DNA from: Xanthobacteraceae bacterium
Lineage (GTDB): Bacteria > Pseudomonadota > Alphaproteobacteria > Rhizobiales > Xanthobacteraceae
Direction: 5' to 3'
NCBI GenBank assembly: GCA_049698215.1
Contig: JBAVXH010000428.1
Span: forward strand, 613 to 64,612
Length of the DNA stretch: 64,000 nucleotides
Below are positions 33,709 to 41,942 of the stretch, piece by piece. Made by a program: the position numbers and the translations under genes. The notes beneath the pieces were generated by a model. It was not told the DNA's origin and did no database searches. It was given only the letters and a program-made list of their open reading frames with translations. Numbering within the stretch: the stretch's first letter is position 1; each line of letters starts with the position of its first letter.

Positions 33709-34440
33709 ATGATGCAATCGCCGCACATTTTGGTATGGACCGTCGCCTTGCAGCAGGTTCCCGAACCAGCGTGGAGCCGACTCGGGACATTGCTCGACCA
33801 TGGGGAGCGTGTCCGCGCCGGGCGCTTTGCGTTTGAGCGACACCGGCGGGAATACAGCGCGGCTCACGCATTGAAGCGGCTGATGCTCACGGCTGTCGGC
33901 GGCATGGCGCCGCATTCATGGTGCTTTGAAACGGATGCATGGGGAAAGCCACGGGTCAGTCCCGAGGTGGGACCCCATTTTAACCTCTCCCACTGCGCGG
34001 GACTTGTGGCATGTGCCGTCAGCAATGAGTTGGAACTCGGTATCGACGTCGAGCCCCTTGATCGAGAGGCGCCCCTCGAAATTGCCAAAGTCCACTTCAC
34101 TCCGACGGAGCAAGCTTGGATCGCCGCACTGCCTTCACCGGAGCGCGGCGTGGCTTTCTGGAAGGTCTGGACGCTGAAGGAAGCCTTCATCAAAGCGACG
34201 GGCCGCGGGCTCAGGCAGCCACTGCACGACTTCAGCGTCGCCTTCGACCCGCTGCGTGTGATTTTTCACGACCAAACGCTTGGAGACAGCCGTGCATGGC
34301 ACTTCGAGCAGCGCCAGGTCGGCAGCGCACATATGCTGGCATTGGCCTGGCGCGACCCTGGTCGGCAGGCTTCGGTCGCGCTCCAGGAGATGCAGTTAGG
34401 TCCCTTGTTGGATCGCTTTCGCGCGTTCTCATCGCGCTAG
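33709..34440 (+). CDS. Sfp-type 4'-phosphopantetheinyl transferase
   Basis: FNLSHCAGLVACAVS, GIDVEPL, WTLKEAFIKATG. Confidence 0.85.
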   Translation: MMQSPHILVWTVALQQVPEPAWSRLGTLLDHGERVRAGRFAFERHRREYSAAHALKRLMLTAVGGMAPHSWCFETDAWGKPRVSPEVGPHFNLSHCAGLVACAVSNELELGIDVEPLDREAPLEIAKVHFTPTEQAWIAALPSPERGVAFWKVWTLKEAFIKATGRGLRQPLHDFSVAFDPLRVIFHDQTLGDSRAWHFEQRQVGSAHMLALAWRDPGRQASVALQEMQLGPLLDRFRAFSSR

Positions 34441-34522
34441 CCGCGAACAACCCGGCGCAATTGAAACGCTCTGCCGTTCCCGTTGCGTGTGGGCGACGTC
34501 GTCGTATGGCCCGCGACCACCC

Positions 34523-35155
34523 TCAGGCGTTCGACTTCCGCCACTCTTCGATACGGGCCAGCACCGTCGCGAGATCGGACACATCGACGTAACGGCGGCC
34601 GATGTCGCGCAGGTTGTCGCGATGCGGCTGCTCCTCGATGTCGCCGACGCAGTCTTCCGGAACGATCGTTCGATAACGATAGCTGAAGCTATCGACGGCG
34701 GTGGCGCGGATGCAGCCTGAGGTGTTGCAGCCCGTCACGATCACCGTGTCGACGCGCTCCTTGTTGAAGTACTCGGCGACGCCGGTGTTGAAGAAGATCG
34801 ATGGTCCCTTTTTGCACACGGTCAGGTCATAGAGGGGATCATGCACGCGCGGATCGATACCGGCGCTGGGATGATCGTGCAGGAACGTTTCGCGCACGGC
34901 GCTGATCTTCCAGTACGGCATCTCGCGTTGGTTCATGTAGGCGGTGTTGCAAGAGGCGATCGGCACGTTGCAGCGGCGCGCCACTTCCAGCAGCTTCACG
35001 GTGTTCTCGAACGCGCGCAGAACCAGCGGAGCGCCGCCAAGCGGGTACTGCGGGTCGGTAAACGCGACCATGAAATCCACGACGACGATCCCGGGTTTCT
35101 GGCCGAAGCCGACCGGCGTGTCGCCATAGGTTCGCCGTTGATAGTCGTCTGTCAT
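34523..35155 (-). CDS. Isochorismatase-family cysteine hydrolase
   Basis: GIVVVDFMVAFTD (Asp), KKGPSIFF (Lys), VIVTGCNTSGCIRATAVD (nucleophile Cys). Start set at ATG 35153-35155 (MTDDYQ). Confidence 0.75.
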   Translation of the reverse strand: MTDDYQRRTYGDTPVGFGQKPGIVVVDFMVAFTDPQYPLGGAPLVLRAFENTVKLLEVARRCNVPIASCNTAYMNQREMPYWKISAVRETFLHDHPSAGIDPRVHDPLYDLTVCKKGPSIFFNTGVAEYFNKERVDTVIVTGCNTSGCIRATAVDSFSYRYRTIVPEDCVGDIEEQPHRDNLRDIGRRYVDVSDLATVLARIEEWRKSNA

Positions 35156-35423
35156 CTCGCACCTTCGTTTTGGAACCCAACTCAGCACCGTCTTCGGCAG
35201 CGGTCACTGTCAACGTTTCGTCGTCCTGGCAGTGTAGCGCGGTTCTGCTGAACCGAGACGCCGTCGCAAAGTTGGAATGCGACGTCCCGCAAACTTGACG
35301 AGTACACGCTGACAGCGATACAAAATAGCAACTCAATCAGTGGCCAAAAACAACGAGAGTCCAGCTCCGCGGCATCCCGGGGGTCGCGAGAGAATCCGGA
35401 CTTGATAACATCCAGAGTAATGA

Positions 35424-36470
35424 ATGCTTGCCGAGCCTCCTGGGACGCGACATCAAGTCGATCGCCGCCAAGTGCTGTGCAGCGCCCTCGCCGCGGCGCT
35501 CCCCGCCATCCCGCTGCCCGCTTTGGCCGCCCCTGCCAAACCTTTGATTGTGGGTGGGCTGCCGGTCACCTGCAACCTGACGCTGCCCGTCGCCTGCGTC
35601 GCCAAGGCGGCCGCGAACACCGCCGACAAGAGCGGCGCTCCGCAGTTCGCTTTCGAATATAGCAAATACAACGGCTGGCCGGAGGTGAAGGAATCGCTGA
35701 TGACGGGCCGCATTCCGGCCGCCTACATGCTGGCGCCGCTCGTGATGGACCTGGCCGACAAGAGGATTCCGGTGAAGATCGTCTCGCTCGGCCACCGGTC
35801 CGGCGCCGTGATCATGGTGCGCACCGATTCGCCTTATCAACGTTTCAAGGATCTGACCGGCAAGCGCGTCGCGATCCCGAGCCGGTTCGCGGTCGACTAC
35901 CTGTTCCTGCGCAAGATGCTGGCGCAGGAGAACATGACCCCGAAGGAGTTGGAACTCATCGAGATGGCGCCGCCCGACATGCCGGCCGCGCTCTACGCCA
36001 AGGCGGTCGACGCCTACTGCACCGGCGAGCCGTTCGGGGCCTCGGCACAGCGCGCCGGCTATGCGCGGGTGCTGCGGATGACGCGCGACGAGTGGCGCAA
36101 CTACATCTGCTGCGTGCTCACCGTGCGGGAGGAACTGATCAACGAGAACCGGCCGCTGGTCCAGGATCTGGTCAATTACGTGCTCGGCGCGGGAGTCTGG
36201 CTCGATGAACAGCAGGAGAACCGCGAAAAGGCGGTCAAGATCGCTGCCGGACGCCGGTATTTCAACCAGGACCCGAATATCATCCGCTTTGTGATGGAAA
36301 ACCCGACGGACCGCGTGACCTACGGCGACCTGCGGATGATCCGCGAGGAGTTCGATGAGCTGATGGAGTTGTCGATCGAGGCCGGCACGCTGACCCGGCC
36401 CGTCCCCTTCGAGAAATACGTCGACGATAGCTTCGCCAAGGCGGCGCGGGCCGCCCCGATCGGTCTTTGA
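35424..36470 (+). CDS. ABC transporter periplasmic substrate-binding protein (NitT/TauT, NMT1-like) with Tat-type signal
   Basis: N-terminal DRRQVLCSALAAALPAIPLPALA (twin-Arg). Adjacent to the matching permease and ATPase. Confidence 0.65.
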   Translation: MLAEPPGTRHQVDRRQVLCSALAAALPAIPLPALAAPAKPLIVGGLPVTCNLTLPVACVAKAAANTADKSGAPQFAFEYSKYNGWPEVKESLMTGRIPAAYMLAPLVMDLADKRIPVKIVSLGHRSGAVIMVRTDSPYQRFKDLTGKRVAIPSRFAVDYLFLRKMLAQENMTPKELELIEMAPPDMPAALYAKAVDAYCTGEPFGASAQRAGYARVLRMTRDEWRNYICCVLTVREELINENRPLVQDLVNYVLGAGVWLDEQQENREKAVKIAAGRRYFNQDPNIIRFVMENPTDRVTYGDLRMIREEFDELMELSIEAGTLTRPVPFEKYVDDSFAKAARAAPIGL

Positions 36471-37072
36471 TGATGCGTTCGAACCTCATCCGCCTGAACC
36501 GCGCCGCAGTCCTGGTGCTGTCGCTGCTGCTGGCAAGCGTTGCCGCCGTCGCGATCGCGGGGCCGGCGTTAAAGGCCGGCGTATTCGATCCGCCGCGTTT
36601 GGCGCCCGAGTTCGCGCTAAGCGGCTCTGACGGCGCGGAGGTGACGCTTGCGCGCTACCGCGGCAAAGTCGTGCTGATGGCGTTCGGTTTCACCAACTGC
36701 GCGGCGGTCTGCCCGGTCACGCTGGCGACGCTCGCCGACGCGCGCAGCGGCCTTGGCGAAGCCGCGGGTGCCATACAGGTGATCTTCGTGACCGTCGATC
36801 CCGAGCGCGACGATGCAGCCCGCATGAAGGACTATCTCGAAACGTTCGACCCGAGCTTCGTCGGCGTCACCGGCGAGCCGGACGCGTTGGCGGCTGTGCG
36901 CCAGAGCTATGGGGTCACGGCGGTCAAGCATGGCACCGGCAACGACTACGTGATGGACCATTCGTCGTCCATCTACCTGATCGATCGAGCCGGCAAGCTG
37001 CGCGCGCTGATGCCTTACGGGCACGCTGCGGAAGACTTCGTGCACGACATCAAGCTGCTGTTGGTGCAGTGA
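36467..37072 (+). CDS. SCO1/SenC-family copper chaperone (thioredoxin fold)
   Basis: FGFTNCAAVCP (CxxxC) and downstream MDHSSSIYLID (conserved His). N-terminal membrane anchor or signal. The start overlaps the SBP stop (ATGA). Confidence 0.8.
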   Translation: MMMRSNLIRLNRAAVLVLSLLLASVAAVAIAGPALKAGVFDPPRLAPEFALSGSDGAEVTLARYRGKVVLMAFGFTNCAAVCPVTLATLADARSGLGEAAGAIQVIFVTVDPERDDAARMKDYLETFDPSFVGVTGEPDALAAVRQSYGVTAVKHGTGNDYVMDHSSSIYLIDRAGKLRALMPYGHAAEDFVHDIKLLLVQ

Positions 37073-37569
37073 TGGTCAGCTCCCGCGCGACGCCCTCGAC
37101 AGAGACTTTCGGGACGCGCGACCAGCCGCGATTGCGACGCTGGCTTGTCGCGATCGCGCTGTTGCTTGTGCTTGCACCGCTCGGATGGGCGGCGTTTGCG
37201 CCGATCCAACTGGCTTCGCGCGACGAGCTCTTTGAGATTCCGCACGGCACCTGGGCCCGCCGCATGGCCGGCGAAAAGGTCGAGATCCTGCCGGACACGA
37301 TCCGGCTGACACTCGGCCTCAACGACGTGCTACTGCTCAGGAACGCGGATGACGTGCCGCAGATGTTCGGCCCGACACTGATCATGCCAGGCCAGAGCTT
37401 CCGCCTGCCGTTCGCGACCGCGTCGACCTACAACTTTGCCTGCACCGCGCATGCCAGCGGGCAACTCAACGTGATCGTCGAGCCGACTCCGGCGCGCGGC
37501 TGGGAGACGCTGCGCTGGCGCTGGCACAGGCTGATGAGCGACATGACGCGGCGTCGCGCAACCGGTTAA
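37069..37569 (+). CDS. Membrane-anchored hypothetical protein, cupredoxin-like C-terminus
   Basis: One N-terminal TM (WLVAIALLLVLAPLGWAAF). The C-terminal YNFACTAHASGQLNVIVEP resembles the plastocyanin/amicyanin Y-x-F-x-C-x2-H-x3-[MQ]-x-G-x-V motif. The upstream His ligand position looks substituted (VPQMF). Confidence 0.4.
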   Translation: MMVSSRATPSTETFGTRDQPRLRRWLVAIALLLVLAPLGWAAFAPIQLASRDELFEIPHGTWARRMAGEKVEILPDTIRLTLGLNDVLLLRNADDVPQMFGPTLIMPGQSFRLPFATASTYNFACTAHASGQLNVIVEPTPARGWETLRWRWHRLMSDMTRRRATG

Positions 37570-37593
37570 GCGCACCAACGAGGAGGGAAACCA

Positions 37594-38364
37594 GTGCGCG
37601 GAGTGAGCGCCACGCTGTTAAAGGTTGTGCCACCAATCGTCGTGATCCTGCTTCTGATCGCGATCTGGTGGATCGTCGTCGTGCGCAACGACAGCGCGAT
37701 CTTTCCCACGCCGTTGCAAGTCATCACAGGCGCGTTTGAACTTGCAGAGGACGGGACCCTGGCGGAGCACATCGGCGCGTCGCTGTTCCGCGTTGGCGCT
37801 GGTTTCGGACTGGCGTTTCTGGTGGCGATTCCGCTCGGCCTCTGGATGGGCTGGGTCAGCGGCGCCTATTACACGCTCAACCCTTTCTTCCAGATGCTGC
37901 GGCCGATTTCTCCGATCGCGTGGATCCCGATCGCGATCCTGTGGTTCGGCGTCGGAGACTTCTCACCGATCTTCCTGATCTTCATTTCGTCGGTGTTTCC
38001 GATGATGGTGCAGACCACTGCGGGAGTGCACACCATCGACCGGCGTTACCTCCGCGCGGCCGCGAACTTCGGCGTGTCGCGCTGGACGCTGTTCCGGCGC
38101 GTCGTGATCCCCGCCGTATTGCCGGAGATCATCATCGGAATGCGCATCGGCCTCGGCGTCGCGTGGCTGGTGGTCGTCGCCGCCGAGATGATCGCGCTGC
38201 GCTCCGGCCTCGGCTATCTGATCATGGACTCGCGCAACGCCGGCAACCGCTACGACCTGGTGATCGCCAGCATGATCATCATTGGCGTGATCGGCCTGAT
38301 GCTCGACGGCACCACGCGCCTGCTCGAACGACTGAAGACCGTGAGATGGCGCTATGTCCGATAA
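37594..38364 (+). CDS. ABC transporter permease (NitT/TauT family)
   Basis: Six hydrophobic helices; EAA-like loop RYLRAAANFGVSRWTLFRRVVIPAVLP. GTG start. Confidence 0.8.
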   Translation: MRGVSATLLKVVPPIVVILLLIAIWWIVVVRNDSAIFPTPLQVITGAFELAEDGTLAEHIGASLFRVGAGFGLAFLVAIPLGLWMGWVSGAYYTLNPFFQMLRPISPIAWIPIAILWFGVGDFSPIFLIFISSVFPMMVQTTAGVHTIDRRYLRAAANFGVSRWTLFRRVVIPAVLPEIIIGMRIGLGVAWLVVVAAEMIALRSGLGYLIMDSRNAGNRYDLVIASMIIIGVIGLMLDGTTRLLERLKTVRWRYVR

Positions 38365-39097
38365 GAAGATCGTCGTCGACGGCGTCACCAAAAGTTTTGC
38401 GTCGAATGGACGCGCGCTGCCGGTCATCGATGGTGTGAGCTTCAACGTCGAAGACGGCGAGTTCGTCGCGATCGTCGGACCTTCCGGCTGTGGGAAGTCG
38501 ACACTGATGAACATCATCGCCGGCTTCGAGGCGCAAGATCAGGGCTCGATCAAGGTCGACGGCACCGAACGCGCCGGTCCAAGCCCGAAGGGTATCGTGA
38601 TCTCTCAGCACGGCTCGGTGTTTCCGTGGCTGACCGTGCAACAGAATTTGATGTTCGGGCTGAACGGCGCCGGTCACGCCCATAATGCCGCTCTCGCTGA
38701 CCACTATACCGACATGGTCGGGCTCAAGGGGTTTGAGGCGGCCTACCCGTACGAGTTGTCAGGCGGCATGCTCAAGCGCGTCGAGATCGCGCGTGCCCTC
38801 GTCGTGAAGCCCCAGATTCTCTACATGGACGAGCCGTTCTCGGCTCTCGACGCGCTGATGAACCTGCGCATGCGGACCGTGCTGCGGCACATTCTCGATG
38901 AGGAACGCCATACGGTCCTTCTCATCACGCACGACGTCGAGGAAGCTATTTCCATGGCGGATCGCATCATGGTGCTGTCGCCGCGGCCAGCGACGATTCA
39001 AAGCACGTTCCAGGTGACCCTGCCGCGTCCGCGCAAGATCTCAAGTCCGGAAGCGCAAAATTTGCGCGAAGCCCTCCTCAAGGAGCTTGGACTCTAG
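38354..39097 (+). CDS. ABC transporter ATP-binding protein (NitT/TauT family)
   Basis: Walker A GPSGCGKST, signature LSGGMLKRVEIARAL, Walker B LYMDEPFSALD. Confidence 0.9.
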   Translation: MSDKKIVVDGVTKSFASNGRALPVIDGVSFNVEDGEFVAIVGPSGCGKSTLMNIIAGFEAQDQGSIKVDGTERAGPSPKGIVISQHGSVFPWLTVQQNLMFGLNGAGHAHNAALADHYTDMVGLKGFEAAYPYELSGGMLKRVEIARALVVKPQILYMDEPFSALDALMNLRMRTVLRHILDEERHTVLLITHDVEEAISMADRIMVLSPRPATIQSTFQVTLPRPRKISSPEAQNLREALLKELGL

Positions 39098-39141
39098 GCG
39101 CGAAGGTTCGCTGCACTACGATAACCAGTTCGCACGATGCG

Positions 39142-39945
39142 CTACTCGATGCGTGCCGCGTCGCCGTCGAATCCCATCGGCGTATACATGCCGCCATGGA
39201 ACTGCCGCGAGATCGGGTCCTCGGTGTCCGGCGTGCGCATGATGTCCGCCGCATAGTCCTCGGACTTGTCCTGCGGCCGGTAGCCGAGGAAGTCTAGATC
39301 GGCATTGCGGTAGCGCGTGCGCGCGTTGTCGGAGACGCCGTACACCGTGATGAAGTGGTAGTCCGGCGCGTCGATGCAGCACTGGACCAGATGCACGGTG
39401 TCGCGCGGGCTGAGCCAGACATAAAGCAGGCGCCGGTCCGTCGGCTTGTCGCGAAACGCGCCGATGCGCAGGCACGCGACCGACAAGCCGTGCTTGTCGG
39501 CGAACAGGCGGCCGACCGCCTCGCCGAACACTTTGCTGACGCCGTAGATGCCATCCGGCCGCGGGACGACGTTCTGGTCGATGACGCGGGCGCGCCGGTA
39601 GAAGCCGACCGCATGATGCGAGCTCGCATAGACGACACGACGCGCGCCTTGTCGCCGCGCCGCCTCGAACACATTCCAGGTTCCGACGATGTTGTTGGGC
39701 AGGATCTTGTCCCAGGTGTCCTCGCCCGGAATCGCGCCGAGGTGAACGACGCAGTCGACGCCCCGCATGGCTTCCTCCACCGATGCGAGATCGGTTAGAT
39801 CGGCGGGCGCGATTTCTTCGCCGTCACGCGCCGGACCGAGCGGCGCGACATCGGAGAGGCGCAAGCTCGGATAGCGGCCACGCAGGCCTTCGCGCAACGT
39901 GCGCCCGATATGTCCGGCCGCGCCGGTGATGAGAATGCGATTCAT
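39142..39945 (-). CDS. NAD-dependent epimerase/dehydratase-family oxidoreductase (uronate dehydrogenase-like size and N-terminus)
   Basis: MNRILITGAAGHIGRTLREGL; YGVSKVFGE (YxxxK); 267 aa. Confidence 0.65.
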   Translation of the reverse strand: MNRILITGAAGHIGRTLREGLRGRYPSLRLSDVAPLGPARDGEEIAPADLTDLASVEEAMRGVDCVVHLGAIPGEDTWDKILPNNIVGTWNVFEAARRQGARRVVYASSHHAVGFYRRARVIDQNVVPRPDGIYGVSKVFGEAVGRLFADKHGLSVACLRIGAFRDKPTDRRLLYVWLSPRDTVHLVQCCIDAPDYHFITVYGVSDNARTRYRNADLDFLGYRPQDKSEDYAADIMRTPDTEDPISRQFHGGMYTPMGFDGDAARIE

Positions 39946-39957
39946 GCGACCTCTTTT

Positions 39958-40893
39958 TCAGTACCCGAGCTTGATGTCGACCTCTTGCAGCAGCCCGCCC
40001 CCGGCCTCGAGACTGCGGACGTTCGCGACGATTTCGGTGACGAGCTGCGCGACGGTCGGGCGCCGCGCCACGTGCGGCATCACCGTGATCTTCGGATGCG
40101 ACCAAAGCGGGCTCTCCGGCGGCAGCGGTTCCGGATACAGCGCATCCAGCGCCGCGTAGGATAATTGCCCGGAATCGAGCGCCACGATCAGGTCCTTGTC
40201 CACCACATGCCTGCCACGCCCTACGTTCACCAGCATCGCGCCTTTCGGCATCATGGCCAATGTGCGGGCGCAGAAGATGCCCTCCGTCTCCGCCGTCAGC
40301 GGCAACAGGCAGACCGCGATATCGGTCTGGTTGAGAAACGGCTCGAGCTGATCGGGTCCATGGAAGATCGGGACCTCCTCGGCCTGCCGCGGCGAGCGCA
40401 CCCAAGCTGAGATGGGAAAGCCGAGGGACTTCAGGACCAGTGCCGGAGACTTCGCCATCATGCCGAAGCCGAGAAAGCCGACGCGTCTGTGCTCGGGCCG
40501 CGCGATCGGGATCCTGAGCCATTCGTGACGCGCCTGAGCCGCCTGATAGGCCGGCATCTCGCGATGCAGGCGCAGAACGTGCATGACGACGTATTCCGTC
40601 ATCATCGGATCGCCGCCGGGCGGCTCGACTTTTCCAAGTGGGACCTTCGGGAGCTTCGGATGGGGAACAATGTCCTCCACGCCGGCGGCGCGGCTGAACA
40701 TCGCTTTCAAATTCGGGAACGCAGGCAGCGCGTCGAAATCCGGATGCATGAAGGCAAGGTATTCGATGTCCTTCACGTCCCCTACGTTAGGCCAGAAGCG
40801 AAGCTCCAGATCGGGAAGCTGTTGGCAAAACGTTTCCGACCACGTCGTTGCAGCGCCGATAATGTGGTCCAGCCCGACGATCAGTAGCGCCAT
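39958..40893 (-). CDS. D-isomer-specific 2-hydroxyacid dehydrogenase (glyoxylate/hydroxypyruvate reductase A-like)
   Basis: VGFLGFGMMAKSPA (NAD fold), LVNVGRGRHVV, TVMPHVA (catalytic His). Confidence 0.75.
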   Translation of the reverse strand: MALLIVGLDHIIGAATTWSETFCQQLPDLELRFWPNVGDVKDIEYLAFMHPDFDALPAFPNLKAMFSRAAGVEDIVPHPKLPKVPLGKVEPPGGDPMMTEYVVMHVLRLHREMPAYQAAQARHEWLRIPIARPEHRRVGFLGFGMMAKSPALVLKSLGFPISAWVRSPRQAEEVPIFHGPDQLEPFLNQTDIAVCLLPLTAETEGIFCARTLAMMPKGAMLVNVGRGRHVVDKDLIVALDSGQLSYAALDALYPEPLPPESPLWSHPKITVMPHVARRPTVAQLVTEIVANVRSLEAGGGLLQEVDIKLGY

Positions 40894-40949
40894 GCGACCT
40901 CCAATGCGGCGCCAACCGGCGCGTCACGCTTTCCAAGATGACAGGATAG

Positions 40950-40994
40950 GCATGATCCCGAAAAGTGGACACCGGTTTTCGGACAAGATCATGC
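40950..40994. repeat. 45-bp intergenic palindromic (REP-like) element, copy 1
   Basis: GCATGATCCCGAAAA...TTTTCGGACAAGATCATGC: outer arms GCATGATC/GATCATGC, inner arms CCGAAAA/TTTTCGG. 40/45 identical to 54768-54812. Confidence 0.8.
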
Positions 40995-41031
40995 CTGAAC
41001 AAGAGGACGACTTGATCAACCCAACGTCTGC

Positions 41032-41832
41032 TCACCGCCCAACCAGATTGGTCAGCGCACCGCCCGTTGCGGTGCGCCCGCCGTCGACGACGAACTGTCC
41101 GCCGGTGGTGTTGGAGGAAAGGTCGGAGCAGAGGAAGAGCACGAGGTTCGCGACCTCATCCGGCGTGGTGTAGCGCCCGCTCGGGATCGCTGTCCGGTAG
41201 CGCTCACCGACCGAGGCCGGATTGCCGGGCGCGAGTTGCTCCTCGAGGTCGTGGATCATGCGCGTATCGACCGGCCCCGGGCAAACGCAATTCACCCGAA
41301 TGCCCTGACGCGCGACTTCGCCCGCCGCCACTTTGGTGAGCCCGATCACGGCGTGCTTCGAGGCCACATAGGCCGGCATGCCCGGCGTGCCGACCAGACC
41401 GGCCACCGAAGCGGTGTTGACCACCGCGCCGCTCCCCTGGCGGATCATCTCCGGCAACACATGACGCAGGCCGAGGAAGACTCCCTTCACATTCACATTG
41501 ATCACCTGGTCGAACACCGCCTCGTCGTACTCGGCGATCGTTGCGACCTTGCCTTCGATACCGGCGTTGTTGAAGAAGCAGTCGATCCGGCCGAATTTTT
41601 CGATCGCCGCCTTCACATAAGCCTTCACATCTTCCGACTTGGTGACATCGGCCGTCGCAGGCGCGGCTTCCCCGCCGTTCTGGCGAATGATGCCGACGGT
41701 CGCTTGCGAGCCCACGGCGTCGTGGTCCACCACCACGACCTTCGCACCATGGCGTGCGAACGCCACCGATGTCGCGCGGCCGATGCCGTTGCCGCCGCCG
41801 GTGACCAGCGCAACCTTGCCGGAGAAATCCAT
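41032..41832 (-). CDS. Short-chain dehydrogenase/reductase (SDR)
   Basis: KVALVTGGGNGIGRAT, NNAG, YVASKHAV. Confidence 0.9.
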   Translation of the reverse strand: MDFSGKVALVTGGGNGIGRATSVAFARHGAKVVVVDHDAVGSQATVGIIRQNGGEAAPATADVTKSEDVKAYVKAAIEKFGRIDCFFNNAGIEGKVATIAEYDEAVFDQVINVNVKGVFLGLRHVLPEMIRQGSGAVVNTASVAGLVGTPGMPAYVASKHAVIGLTKVAAGEVARQGIRVNCVCPGPVDTRMIHDLEEQLAPGNPASVGERYRTAIPSGRYTTPDEVANLVLFLCSDLSSNTTGGQFVVDGGRTATGGALTNLVGR

Positions 41833-41942
41833 GTGACGCCCCTACTCGATGATCGCGAAGTCTAACATCGGCACGCGAAGCTGGTGCTCACTTCTATATC
41901 CGCTCTCGGCGTCTGCCGATGCGCGAAACGCATAGCCACTCC

